Virus record (IMG/VR): IMGVR_UViG_3300031772_000007
Coordinates: 1-64,000 of that record
DNA length: 64,000 nucleotides
Direction: 5' to 3' (one strand)
From: a virus
Shown: one piece after another, positions 1 to 9,715 of the stretch
Numbering within the stretch: position 1 is the first letter of the stretch
Layout of the letters: each line of letters begins with the position of its first letter
Translations under genes and position numbers: made by a program
Notes under the pieces: generated by a model
Database searches by the model: none
What the model saw: the letters and a program-made list of their open reading frames with translations, nothing else
What the model was told of the DNA's origin: nothing

Positions 1-1027
1 CCTTCAGAGCCGCACCGACTCCGTTGATGGCGGTCTGGATGAGCGCAGCCATCGCCGCCGCCGTCTCGACGCCCGTGTAGACGACCGCGACGTTCCCAGG
101 AGTGACGCCGCCACCATTGAGGTCGAACTCGAAGATGGTGGGCGGGTTGATGGTGCCGTCGTCGATGGTGAAGGTGTCCCCGTCGTTCGTGCTCGCTCCG
201 GCGACAGCCGTGATGGAGCCCGTAGCAGCGACGCCCGTGCCAGCTTGGGTGCGACCGAAGACGCGCCAGCCCTTCTGCGGGCCAGCCGCCTGCACTTCGA
301 TTTCTGAGCCGTCCGCGCTCTTGGTCAGCTCAACGAAGACCGCCTCGTTCGCGCCCGCGTCCGCGCCGTCGTTGATGGGGATGCCGGTGCGGTTGGTCGC
401 GTCGGCGTGCCTCATGTTGCCTTCGGACACCAGCTCCTTGTGGGTGTTACCCGCGGCGAGCACCAGCCCGCGCCACGCCTTGTTGACGACCAGCGCTTGC
501 GCGTCGGTGGTCTTCCCCGCGATGTTGGCGAGGTTCGCCGGAACGGTGGTGTCGGTGGTGTCGGTGGGGCGGGTGTAGACCGGAATCGCCGCGTCGAACG
601 TCACGCCCTTGATGGCAGCGCGGTCGGTGCGGGCGTAGTTGATGTCGTCCTCCAGGGAGTACGGCTTGCGCTCATCCCAGGTGACGCCCGCGGTCGGCCC
701 CTCGGCGATGCCGGTGGCGTTGGCGACCTTCACGCTGGTCGCGCTGACGTAATCCGTGATGAGCCAGGTGCCGTCGTTGCTGGCAGACCCGCTGATGACC
801 AGGAAGTTGCCCGGCGAGGCGACGGTGAAGGAGCCGCCGGTCATGCCGGCGATGGTCTGGATGCCCGACACCAGCGCGCTGAAGGTGAGGCTCTGCGTCC
901 CGGTGTTCCCCATCGGAGCGCCCAACCCCGCAGGCTCATCGACGCGGTTGCGTGAGCCGGACTGGGTGTACGACCCGGCGACATCGAGGGATTGGTCGAG
1001 GGCGTTGCTGTGCGTGTAGGCTGCCAT
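1..1027 (-). CDS. virion structural protein (tail/fibre-associated), truncated at window edge
   Basis: ATG at 1027 with AGGAG RBS; frame open to position 1 (MAAYTHSNALDQSLDVAGSY...); G/T/A-rich beta-type sequence; lies downstream of the tail fibre; missing from the ORF track because it has no stop in the window. Confidence 0.7.
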   Translation of the reverse strand, partial: MAAYTHSNALDQSLDVAGSYTQSGSRNRVDEPAGLGAPMGNTGTQSLTFSALVSGIQTIAGMTGGSFTVASPGNFLVISGSASNDGTWLITDYVSATSVKVANATGIAEGPTAGVTWDERKPYSLEDDINYARTDRAAIKGVTFDAAIPVYTRPTDTTDTTVPANLANIAGKTTDAQALVVNKAWRGLVLAAGNTHKELVSEGNMRHADATNRTGIPINDGADAGANEAVFVELTKSADGSEIEVQAAGPQKGWRVFGRTQAGTGVAATGSITAVAGASTNDGDTFTIDDGTINPPTIFEFDLNGGGVTPGNVAVVYTGVETAAAMAALIQTAINGVGAALK

Positions 1028-1048
1028 TGGCGATGCTCCTGCTTGGGG

Positions 1049-1345
1049 TTAGGGGGCGATGACGTAGGAAGCTGAGAGGACGCTCTTGGGAATGGGGGCG
1101 AAGGTCAGGAAGGTGATGGTGTCGTAGCCGGTTCCCGGTCCTCCGCTCTCCGAGATGGTGAACTCCCCACCCGAGAGGAACATCTTGCGACCGTTGTGAT
1201 AGGCCGAGATGGCGATGGGGTCGAAGTGGTATGGCGTCGTGAACACGCGGTTCACCCCGTCCTTCACCCCCAGCAGCTCTGACTCGAAGAAGGTCCAGCC
1301 GGGCGTGAAGCTCGACGGGGCGTACCAGCCGAGCATCCTGGGCAC
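1049..1345 (-). CDS. small beta-rich virion protein
   Basis: 98 aa; GVKDGVNRVFT...YHNG...ITFLTFAP pattern typical of tail-associated beta modules. Confidence 0.6.
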   Translation of the reverse strand: MPRMLGWYAPSSFTPGWTFFESELLGVKDGVNRVFTTPYHFDPIAISAYHNGRKMFLSGGEFTISESGGPGTGYDTITFLTFAPIPKSVLSASYVIAP

Positions 1346-1348
1346 GAC

Positions 1349-1540
1349 CTACTTCCTCCAGTGCAGCACCACAAAGGCGCTCGTCACGAGCGCGGTGCCC
1401 CCTGCACAGGCCAACTGTACCGCTTCTGACCCCCTGTAGCCAAGGAAACCGAGGACGGCGACCGCAGCCAGCACTACCGGCCCCATGAAGCCGGAGCCCG
1501 GCGCTGCCTTCTTCTCCAAGCTCAACATGGACATCGCCAT
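1349..1540 (-). CDS. small two-TM membrane protein (possible holin-like)
   Basis: 63 aa with two hydrophobic segments and a basic C-terminus. Confidence 0.45.
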   Translation of the reverse strand: MAMSMLSLEKKAAPGSGFMGPVVLAAVAVLGFLGYRGSEAVQLACAGGTALVTSAFVVLHWRK

Positions 1541-1543
1541 GGG

Positions 1544-1837
1544 CTACCTCGTGACCGCGTAGACCTCGACGTTGCGCGCCCCCGACGTGGACGGGGTGGC
1601 ATCCCGCAACCAGACCCGTCGCCGCAGGTGGTCCGACCAGACGATGGCCTTGCTCGGCCCGCTCGACTGGAGCCGCGCGTGGACGTTCACTCCGTCCCAG
1701 GACAGCTCCAGCGTCCCGTTATTGGCGTCGTTGTGGACGAGCTGTTCCGTCGCGTCAAACAGGAACTCGAACTGCGCCCGTGGGTCTGCGTAGCTCGTGA
1801 CCCCCTTGAGGTCGCGCCGGTCGAAGAAGTCAGCCAC
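1544..1837 (-). CDS. hypothetical virion protein, paralog of 1848..2120
   Basis: 97 aa; GGAG RBS; shares S.DG.N and VW.R motifs with its neighbour. Confidence 0.6.
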   Translation of the reverse strand: MADFFDRRDLKGVTSYADPRAQFEFLFDATEQLVHNDANNGTLELSWDGVNVHARLQSSGPSKAIVWSDHLRRRVWLRDATPSTSGARNVEVYAVTR

Positions 1838-1847
1838 GGATGCGCTC

Positions 1848-2120
1848 CTACAGCGTGTAGGCTCCGACGTTCACGCTCGCGGCCGTCCCCGCCGCCGCGC
1901 GCCGCACCCAGACCTTCTTGCAGCGGGCGTCGAGCCGGGTGGGTGAGGTGTCCGCCGCCTTGATGAGCTTGGCGTCGTTGATGCCGTCGAGGGAGACGTA
2001 GGCATCCCCGCCGGAGGTGACTTCGAGAAGGAGGTACAGCGGCTCGAAGTTGCAGGCGAGGTCAGGAAGGGTCGGGTAGGTTGCCCCCGAGGGGCTGGCG
2101 ACGGTGCTCTGAAAGGACAT
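1848..2120 (-). CDS. hypothetical virion protein, paralog of 1544..1837
   Basis: 90 aa; GAGGAG RBS. Confidence 0.6.
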   Translation of the reverse strand: MSFQSTVASPSGATYPTLPDLACNFEPLYLLLEVTSGGDAYVSLDGINDAKLIKAADTSPTRLDARCKKVWVRRAAAGTAASVNVGAYTL

Positions 2121-2147
2121 GGGTTCTCCTCGTTGGGAAGGGTTCTA

Positions 2148-4397
2148 TCAGATTTCCGAGTCCGCAACCCAGTGGCCGCTCAGGTCGTCCCCGACCACCG
2201 GGGCACCCGCGGTGTTCAGCACCTCGAAGTTGCGGCGGGTGGGCTGGAACTCCGCGACGGCGATGAGCGTGACGGCGTTCTTGCGCCAGCTCCCCGTTCC
2301 ACCTGCCACGTTGTCGTAGAAGGTGAAGGTCGGAATGCGCCACTTCGGAGCACAGAACGCGATGCGCGGAGCGAACCGGGCGTTGTTGAGAGTCAGCGCA
2401 TCGACGCCCAGCGCTGTGACGGTCGCCGGGTCGGTGTCAACCTCGTAGGACTTCTCGAAGAAGCGCTGGCAGAGCGCCAGCTCGCCCTCGTAGCTTCCGC
2501 CTGCCCAGGCGAAGAAGCCCGTCGTCGCCCCGGCCCGCTGCACCTGGACGAGGGTGACGGAGAAGTTGTCCGTCGCCCCACCCACCCCGGTCGGGGTATG
2601 GACGAACAGGAGGCCGAGACAGGTGGCGTTGTTCGGCAAGGTGACACCTGCGGTGACGGTGAACACCCCGCCAGCCGACACGTCAGAATCGACGAGCACC
2701 GTGTTCCCGGTGGCGTAGGCCGCGCCGCCAGCGAACAGCGTCTCGCTGGTCGCCCCGGTGCCGTAGATGAGCTTGGCGTGCAGGGTGCCGGTGAAGCCCG
2801 CCCCCTTGCCGATGACGAAGGACGCCTGGAGGGTCTGCGTGAGCTGCGCGGAGCGGTGCAACAGGTCGCGGTCAATCTCTTGGCAGAGGTAGCGCGGAGC
2901 CGCCGATGCCTCTGCCGGACCGCGCTGCACCTGGAGGAAGTTGGTGCCCAGGACGGGGTACTTCGTGAGGACGCCCGCGCCCGCGGGGTCACTGTGCCAG
3001 GCGTGCCACCTGTCGGCCAAGAAGACCTGCGGGGTGTTACCGAAGTTGACCGGCCCGACCCCACGCTGCCAGAAGTCCATCTTGCCGTTGATGGCGAGGT
3101 TGGGCGACGCCATCGAGTCCACGTAGCCCTTGTTCGCCGCGTCGTGCCCGTCCACCGGGTCGGAGACTCCCTGAATGGCGCGGTAGTGGAAGAACGACAT
3201 CAGGTTGCCGGTCGTCGGGTCGATGCTCCACGTCGGCAGACCGTTGGCTACGAGGAGCAGCGGGTGGTTCGTCACCGAACCCATCAGCACGACGCCCGAG
3301 GGGTCGATGGGCTGCACCGTGGCGACGACCTGCCCGCCGCCAGCTCGGCTTTCGAGGAGGAGCGTTCCGTCCCCGTTGATGTAGCCGACCGTCTGCCCGG
3401 CTCCGTTCAGGATGTGAACCGCTCGCGTGGTCGCGTCAGGGGTTTGCAGCTTAAGGACGTGCCGACCAGGGACGGCGGACTTCAGGTACACCGTGTCAGG
3501 GATGGGGGTGGGACTCGCCGCGTCCACTCGAACGGCGTTGGGGAGCGCCCCAACTGGCGGACCGATGATGAGGTAGGGCTCGGCCAGCGTGCCGTCAGCT
3601 CCACCCACTCCGTCGAACCAGAGGTCGAAGCTGCCCGCGTAGGCTGCGCCCACCGCGCCAATCTGCCGCACGACGGTTCCAGGCGTCAGTGACGGGAGCG
3701 CGAGGTCGCTGACGTAGACCGCCTGCCCGAGCACCGCTCCGGGGATGGCGACGCCCTCGTACCGCCCGATGTAGCGCACTTGGATGAGGTCGCCCGGCGC
3801 GATGGCCCCGCCGCCCACCTTGCCGATGACGATGCACAGGGGTTGCTGCACGTCGAGCGCCGTCGTTGCGGTCGCCATGTCGAGGATGGGTAGGTTCTCC
3901 TGCCCCGGCAGGCCAATCTTGATGGCCTGCGTTCCAGTCATACGGACGATGTTGCCCGTTCCTGGGGTGCCTGCACCCGCGACGCCTACCATCACGCCGG
4001 GGTCGGCGAGCAGATGGTCGATGCGCTGGAGGTAGCCGTTGTTCGCCAGTGCCCAGCCTCGCGTCCCGTCCTCAACCGTCTCCCCCGCCGCCGGGATGCG
4101 CTCCCTCGTCTTGACTTGCCGCACCGCGCAGATGACTTGATTGCGCTGCTCGGTCGGCAGCGTGGCGTTGACCACCAGCTCGATGAGGTAGGTGCCCTCC
4201 TTCTTCGGCGTGAAGGTGGGATTCTGGAGCGTCGTCGAGGAAAGCGCGTCCGCCGTGCCCGCGGGCTGGTCGAGGACGCTCCACAGGTACGTCAGCTCCA
4301 ACCCGATGTTGGCGTTGTCGAGTTGGACGAGCAGGTTGATGGGCAGGTCGTTGTCGCTGCCCGGCGTGCCGTTCACAGTAATAAGAGCTTGGGGCAC
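2148..4397 (-). CDS. tail fibre / receptor-binding protein
   Basis: 749 aa; N-terminal PKD-like Ig domain (TYLWSV..QP...PTFTP..EGTY); DAANKGYVD fibre motif; C-terminal NLAING.MDFWQRG...DRW...GELALCQRFFEKS domain common in phage fibres. Confidence 0.85.
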   Translation of the reverse strand: MPQALITVNGTPGSDNDLPINLLVQLDNANIGLELTYLWSVLDQPAGTADALSSTTLQNPTFTPKKEGTYLIELVVNATLPTEQRNQVICAVRQVKTRERIPAAGETVEDGTRGWALANNGYLQRIDHLLADPGVMVGVAGAGTPGTGNIVRMTGTQAIKIGLPGQENLPILDMATATTALDVQQPLCIVIGKVGGGAIAPGDLIQVRYIGRYEGVAIPGAVLGQAVYVSDLALPSLTPGTVVRQIGAVGAAYAGSFDLWFDGVGGADGTLAEPYLIIGPPVGALPNAVRVDAASPTPIPDTVYLKSAVPGRHVLKLQTPDATTRAVHILNGAGQTVGYINGDGTLLLESRAGGGQVVATVQPIDPSGVVLMGSVTNHPLLLVANGLPTWSIDPTTGNLMSFFHYRAIQGVSDPVDGHDAANKGYVDSMASPNLAINGKMDFWQRGVGPVNFGNTPQVFLADRWHAWHSDPAGAGVLTKYPVLGTNFLQVQRGPAEASAAPRYLCQEIDRDLLHRSAQLTQTLQASFVIGKGAGFTGTLHAKLIYGTGATSETLFAGGAAYATGNTVLVDSDVSAGGVFTVTAGVTLPNNATCLGLLFVHTPTGVGGATDNFSVTLVQVQRAGATTGFFAWAGGSYEGELALCQRFFEKSYEVDTDPATVTALGVDALTLNNARFAPRIAFCAPKWRIPTFTFYDNVAGGTGSWRKNAVTLIAVAEFQPTRRNFEVLNTAGAPVVGDDLSGHWVADSEI

Positions 4398-4400
4398 TTG

Positions 4401-4928
4401 CTAGCCCTCCAGGTGTGCCCACCGAACGCCGGAGAGTATCCGGCTCACTGTGGACTGGTTGACTCCAAAGGAAGCAGCAACGCTGGCCTGCGTGGCTCCT
4501 CCAGCGACGGCGAGCTTGACCGCTAGAACCTCCCGAGCGCCAAGCCGCGCCATTCCGTTGCGCTCCCCGCGAGCGGCTACCTCGCGCATCTTGCTCCGAA
4601 GTGAATCACCGCGCGCCTGCCGCCCCTTACTAACGGCGTCCTCGGAATTATCCTTGTGCGAACCCAGGAACAGGTGAGTGTCATTCACGCACGAAGGGTT
4701 GTCGCAGCCGTGCAGCACAAGCCTTCCGGGCGGGATGGGACCGTGCTTTCGCTCCCACGCCCAACGGTGTGCGAGAACCTTCCCCCACCTTCCTCCAACC
4801 TCTACTGAGAACACGCCGTAACCATGACGGTTCCGAGCCGCAGTCCACTCGATACAACCGCGAGCGGAACCGTGCCGAGTTTTTGAGTTGAAGCGCTCTA
4901 CGTCTGAGGCAAATGACCATCTGGGCAT
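4401..4928 (-). CDS. HNH homing endonuclease with C-terminal HTH
   Basis: CIEWT...GYG...AHRWAW...VLHGCDNPSCVNDTHLFLGSHKDN motif; C-terminal QASVAASFGVNQSTVSRI HTH; start chosen just after an extended -10 (TGTGGCATAAT). Confidence 0.9.
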   Translation of the reverse strand: MPRWSFASDVERFNSKTRHGSARGCIEWTAARNRHGYGVFSVEVGGRWGKVLAHRWAWERKHGPIPPGRLVLHGCDNPSCVNDTHLFLGSHKDNSEDAVSKGRQARGDSLRSKMREVAARGERNGMARLGAREVLAVKLAVAGGATQASVAASFGVNQSTVSRILSGVRWAHLEG

Positions 4929-4994
4929 GGTTGCCATTATGCCACAGGTCATCACCGTTAGCGACCACCCCGCTTGGGGCATCGGAGCCTCCTG

Positions 4995-6188
4995 CTAGTA
5001 GTGGAAGTCCACTGAGAATCGGTATGCGGTCGGGTCTGGCCGGAAGGTGTCGGTCGTGGCCCCGTTCTGGTGAAACGTGTTCCAGAAGAGGAAGAAGCAC
5101 GGCTGCCCGAGGGCCACGTTCACCGTGGGTTGCGTCTTGGCCGGGTCCGCCAGGAATGTCTGCATCGCCGTGTTGACAGGGAAGTCGGCGCGGACCCCGA
5201 TGTTGGTGGGCACGAGGAAACCAGTCGAGGTGTAGAGAGGGTCAATCACTACCGAACCGAACCCTGCGGCAGACGCGGGAAGACCGCCGGCGAAGATGTA
5301 GATGCCGGTCGCGTCAGCGTTTATTGGGTTCTTGCGTGAGGCGACGACCATCACTCCCGGAGGGGCGGCCACTCCCGTCAGGGCAGGGGCGACCGTGGCG
5401 GGGAACGCGGGAAACTCAACCCGCCCCGCGGCGCGCCCCATCCCGCTCGGCAGCAGGAGGCTCCGCATGTCCCTGATGTACCCTTCAGCGACGGTGGTAG
5501 GCGACCCAGCCGGGAAGGCCACCTCTGCAACCTTCATGTAGCCCGCCGGAACCGTCGCCACCGCGCCGTCCGCCGCGTAGCGGTAGCTGATGCTCGCCGT
5601 GCTGCTTCCCGCGTCGCTGACGACCTCAGTGCTGCCGTCCATCAGGAAGGAGAGGGTCTTGTTCACCAGAGCCGGGTTGAACTTCTCGGTCCCCACGTCG
5701 AACACGTCCCGGCTGAGTAGGTCGCCGAGTGCTCGGCGATACTTCACGCACACGATGTCCGTCCGCCCGGTGGGGCCGCCGGTCGGGATGCCCGCCAGCT
5801 CGAACGATGGCGTCAGCGGGTTGGTCTGCTGATTCAGGATGAGAGGCTTGTACGCGGACGGATCGTTGAGACTCGGGACGCCGCCGATGTTCGAGGGCAC
5901 GTCGCCCGGCGCGTACATGAACCCGAAGCCGGGGTCCACCGTGACGGCGAGCGACACGGGACTGGTCGGTCGAACCTTGAACGCGCCTCCAATGACACCG
6001 TTCGGCGGGAGGGCGTTGTGGTCGTCAAAGTCGCCCGCCCGCGGGGAGAAGGAAGTCCCCAGCACGTCGCGCAGCGCGCGGTCCGTCTCCGTCTGGAGGT
6101 GCAGGATGTCGTCGGTGATGGGGCGCTCCAGCGGGTTGATGACGCTGCGGGCGAACGGGAAGTCCATCAGGGAGGCGGGAGTCGGCAT
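4995..6188 (-). CDS. baseplate/tail-fibre attachment structural protein
   Basis: 397 aa; lies between wedge and fibre genes; V.PG.G...R.DIV.V pattern seen in phage tail proteins. Confidence 0.6.
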   Translation of the reverse strand: MPTPASLMDFPFARSVINPLERPITDDILHLQTETDRALRDVLGTSFSPRAGDFDDHNALPPNGVIGGAFKVRPTSPVSLAVTVDPGFGFMYAPGDVPSNIGGVPSLNDPSAYKPLILNQQTNPLTPSFELAGIPTGGPTGRTDIVCVKYRRALGDLLSRDVFDVGTEKFNPALVNKTLSFLMDGSTEVVSDAGSSTASISYRYAADGAVATVPAGYMKVAEVAFPAGSPTTVAEGYIRDMRSLLLPSGMGRAAGRVEFPAFPATVAPALTGVAAPPGVMVVASRKNPINADATGIYIFAGGLPASAAGFGSVVIDPLYTSTGFLVPTNIGVRADFPVNTAMQTFLADPAKTQPTVNVALGQPCFFLFWNTFHQNGATTDTFRPDPTAYRFSVDFHY

Positions 6189-6190
6189 GG

Positions 6191-7648
6191 CTATTGTCCC
6201 TCAAGTTCCAGAACGGCGTTGATACCTGCCGCCTTCACATTCTGCAAGGTGGCGTAGAGGTTGGCGTACAGCGTGTTGAGCTTCTGGTCGTAGCCGTTCC
6301 AGCAACCCTGAAGGTAGCCGCCCGCCAAGGTGCTCGGGACGTTCCAGGCACAGAGCGCGCGCCGACCGTGCAGGTTGGCGAGCCCGCTCTCGTCGATGAA
6401 CGGATCAACGTAGGTGTCGTCGGGGTTCTTGTGGTTCCAAACCATCCCGAAGTCGGAGAGCGGGGAGAGCCCAGTGACCACCACGATGAAGCTCCCCCGC
6501 GCCAGGTTTTCACTCAACCAGCGGTTGCGGTACGGCACCGGGGGTCGCGGGTCGTTCCACACGAAGCAGTTGGGGTCGAAGTCCGTGCCGCCGTGAGTCT
6601 CGCCCGGCGCGTTCCAGCAGGTCTGAAGCCGGATGTCCCACGTCTCGATGAACACCGCGATGCCGTCCACCGGCTCCAGCAGCAGGCGCAGGTTCCGCAG
6701 CACGGCGTCCGGGCTGATGTTGTCCGGCAGCGCCCGGATGCGCGCCCGATAGGGGTCGTCCTGCTCACCGGGCTGCCGGAAGATGCCTCGGTCGGCCCCA
6801 TGCTGGTCGAGGGCCGCGTCGGAGCCGGGGGTGAAGCCAAGCGCCGGGGCTCCCGTCGCCTGAATCTGGAACACCGTGAAGGTGCGGTCCACCGAGTCGT
6901 AAGCAGGCTCGTAGACCGACCAGGCAACCACCGCCGGTCCGAACGCGCTGCCGGTCGGGTTCCGAACCTGCAACGTGCTCGTCGCTGAGTCGTACCCGGT
7001 GACGTAGAACGTCCCTGAGTCGTTCGGCCCAGCTCCGGTGAAGGAGATGAACTTGCCGATGAGCGCCTGCCCCGCCGCCGGAAGCCCGAGAACCGCCTGC
7101 GAGCCCAGCGAGGGAGCGGCGAAGGTCAGCGTGTTGCTCCCAGAGTTGGTCGGGGCGTCCGCTGGCGTGACTTCGACGGGGGTGACGAGGGTGTCGATCT
7201 CCCCCTCCAGCACCTCGCCGTCCGCCGCCGTTACCTGCCCTGGAACGTCGTACTCGTAGCCCTTGTAGAGCGCCACCACGTTCGCGGTGTGTCCGAGGTC
7301 AGCGGGCGTGAACACGGCGTCCGTCGTCGTCCGGTACTGCCGCCCGGACTTGCTCGCCTGCACGACGGTCCCCGCGCGCATGACGATGGGCACGGCGTTC
7401 GGTGCCTCCCGCGCGAAGGCCACCCGCCCCGTCGTGAACGCTCCCCCGGTGGCGGTAAGGATGAAGGCATCCTTCCCGAGCCGACTCACCGCCAGCGAGC
7501 CGCGCGCCGCGAGATTCGCGTAGGCTTGCAGCACCTCATATCCCGGTCCGGGGTCCTTGAGGGAGGACAGGTACTCGTCCGGCAGGAGCTTGGCGAACAG
7601 GTCCAGAACGTCCTGTTGCGTCAACGGCGTGATGAAGGGAGGGGGCAT
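6191..7648 (-). CDS. baseplate wedge protein (P2 gpI / gp7-like)
   Basis: 485 aa; follows baseplate J; LDQHGADRGIFRQPGEQDDPYRARI motif. Confidence 0.7.
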   Translation of the reverse strand: MPPPFITPLTQQDVLDLFAKLLPDEYLSSLKDPGPGYEVLQAYANLAARGSLAVSRLGKDAFILTATGGAFTTGRVAFAREAPNAVPIVMRAGTVVQASKSGRQYRTTTDAVFTPADLGHTANVVALYKGYEYDVPGQVTAADGEVLEGEIDTLVTPVEVTPADAPTNSGSNTLTFAAPSLGSQAVLGLPAAGQALIGKFISFTGAGPNDSGTFYVTGYDSATSTLQVRNPTGSAFGPAVVAWSVYEPAYDSVDRTFTVFQIQATGAPALGFTPGSDAALDQHGADRGIFRQPGEQDDPYRARIRALPDNISPDAVLRNLRLLLEPVDGIAVFIETWDIRLQTCWNAPGETHGGTDFDPNCFVWNDPRPPVPYRNRWLSENLARGSFIVVVTGLSPLSDFGMVWNHKNPDDTYVDPFIDESGLANLHGRRALCAWNVPSTLAGGYLQGCWNGYDQKLNTLYANLYATLQNVKAAGINAVLELEGQ

Positions 7649-7651
7649 GGG

Positions 7652-8869
7652 CTAGACCGCGGTGAAGGAATCCGGGTTTTGACCCGTCATCAAAGGTTGG
7701 TTGGTCTGCGCGGCGATAGCGGTGACGAGTCCCAGGCTCGTCCTGAGCACCTGAAGAGGCTTCGCCACGACGTTCCCGAGGGGGCTGACGATGCTCGCCG
7801 CTGCGAGCCCGGGGACGACCGCCAGAGCGTTCTGAAGGTCGATGAGGACGATGGGCTCGCCGGGGAACAGCGCGTTGACGTACCCCACTGCCGCTGCCCG
7901 TGCCTGGAGCGCAGCAGAGGACACGTCGATTCCCGCTTGGAAGGTCAGGGAGAGCTGGATGGCTTGGAGGACCGTGCTCGCCACGTAGACCTGCACGAAG
8001 ATACCCGCCGGTCGAACGTCCGCGAGGGCGTTGAACACCGTCTGCGCGAGGAGCTGACTCTGCGCCATGTACCTCGGGGGGATGGCACTCAGGTCCACGA
8101 ACTGCTCGGTGAAGGCGTCGCTGATGACGAGCTGCACGAGACGTGCAGGTCTACCCAGCGCGTCGATGACCTCGAAAGCCGTCGCCTTCTGCACCCCGGG
8201 TACACCCAGCGCTGCCTCTTCGATGGCCCCGATGGTGCCTCGCCGGACGGTCGTGAAGTACCGCCGCGCCCGATCCCGGAGGCTGTCGTCCGTCTCCGCA
8301 TCATCCCCACCGGAGGTGGCAAGGGGATTCGACACCGTGAGGTCCGACGGCGAGTTGGGAACGACCCCGAGGATGTTGATGAGGGTGTTCGCCTTCGCGT
8401 TCTGATTCGCCCCTGCCAGGACGCTTCGGACCGCCACCGTGACAGGTCCCGTCGTGCCCGTGGGGAAGGGTACGCTCTCCGTCGTGATGAACTGCACCCC
8501 GTCCGGTGTCTGGAGCTGGAGGTTCGCGGGGATGCTCAACAGGGGAGGCGCGGGAGCGATGGTCCTGAACTGCACGCTCCCAAGCGAGGCTGCCGCGGGC
8601 TTCCGCACGATGCCGTAGCGATCAAACACCACCCTGTCGAGCGCGGTGCTGTTCTGATCCGCACCCGGTGCGGAGTCGAGGTACACCCCCGCGGCCACCT
8701 CCGCGAGCTGTCCCATCACCTCGTCCGCCGCCGCCGATCCAGAGGCGACGAGGATGTTGGCGTCCGCCCCGTCCCGCTCCACCGCGTCACGGGACACCTG
8801 CGCGTTGCGCGTGAGAACTTCGTCCCGGGCGATGCGGAAGAGATCGTCGAAGTTGGGGAAATCCGGCAT
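7652..8869 (-). CDS. baseplate J-like protein
   Basis: 405 aa; LDR...YGI.RKPA, GGDDAETDDSLRDRA, RGT.GAIE.AALGVPGV motifs. Confidence 0.92.
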   Translation of the reverse strand: MPDFPNFDDLFRIARDEVLTRNAQVSRDAVERDGADANILVASGSAAADEVMGQLAEVAAGVYLDSAPGADQNSTALDRVVFDRYGIVRKPAAASLGSVQFRTIAPAPPLLSIPANLQLQTPDGVQFITTESVPFPTGTTGPVTVAVRSVLAGANQNAKANTLINILGVVPNSPSDLTVSNPLATSGGDDAETDDSLRDRARRYFTTVRRGTIGAIEEAALGVPGVQKATAFEVIDALGRPARLVQLVISDAFTEQFVDLSAIPPRYMAQSQLLAQTVFNALADVRPAGIFVQVYVASTVLQAIQLSLTFQAGIDVSSAALQARAAAVGYVNALFPGEPIVLIDLQNALAVVPGLAAASIVSPLGNVVAKPLQVLRTSLGLVTAIAAQTNQPLMTGQNPDSFTAV

Positions 8870-8878
8870 TTTCGTCTC

Positions 8879-9715
8879 CTACAGGCTCACCGGGAAGCGT
8901 CCCAGCGGGATGTTGAAGCTGAAGGACTGCCCGGAGGGCTTGAGCTGCACCTGAAGCTGCAACAGCAAGATACCCTCCCGGTCGATGGTCAGCGACGCCA
9001 GTGCGTCCTGCACCTCGGGCTCCAGCTTCACCTGATTCTCGATGTCCGCCTTCATCTTCGTCAGGTTGGCGATCCGAACGGGCATCTTCTCCTGAATGCC
9101 CGCCCCGTAGTTCGGCAGATGGAAGAAGTCTCCCGGTCCGGTGGTCAGCCGCCGGATGATGAGCTTCTTCACGAGGTCCGGTCCCGTCACCGTGGCGTAG
9201 TCGCCCGCGGTGACAACGAGAGTCCCGCCTACCGAGTCCGGTACGGAGAAGGGCGGGTTCGCCAAGTCCTGCGAGTAGAGCTTCCTCGCGGCCAGCCGGG
9301 TCGCGCTGCTTTGCGCGTGCTCGTCCAGTACCCCCCGGAAGTCTGCCGAGTAGGGCGGGTGGATGAGATTACCCGAGGCGTCGTGCAGCGTCGTCGAGCT
9401 GACACGGTGGACGACGGTGTACGGCCCGAACTCCTCCAGGCAGAGGATCCGATAGACGCTCGGATTCACCTGCGCCACCGTCGTCGGTGTGAAGGAGTCC
9501 CCGGTGTCGAGACGAACGATGCCCCAGGTTGCCGGATTGAGTGCGTCCCCCTCGAAGTAAGGGCTGTTGTCCTGCGCTAGCCCGTTCACGGTCACTTCCA
9601 CTTCGTGGGTGGAGATCGCCAACGCCGAGGCGATGGACCCTCCCACTCCCGCGGCGGCTGCGCCGTAGGGGGAAGTGCCGTAAGGGTCGTAGCCCCACCC
9701 AAGAGGAGTCGTCAT
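8879..9715 (-). CDS. baseplate wedge protein with C-terminal gp25/gpW-like domain
   Basis: IIRRLTT.PG.FFHLPNYGAG...EPEV motif; N-terminal GWGYDPYGTSPYG. Confidence 0.75.
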   Translation of the reverse strand: MTTPLGWGYDPYGTSPYGAAAAGVGGSIASALAISTHEVEVTVNGLAQDNSPYFEGDALNPATWGIVRLDTGDSFTPTTVAQVNPSVYRILCLEEFGPYTVVHRVSSTTLHDASGNLIHPPYSADFRGVLDEHAQSSATRLAARKLYSQDLANPPFSVPDSVGGTLVVTAGDYATVTGPDLVKKLIIRRLTTGPGDFFHLPNYGAGIQEKMPVRIANLTKMKADIENQVKLEPEVQDALASLTIDREGILLLQLQVQLKPSGQSFSFNIPLGRFPVSL

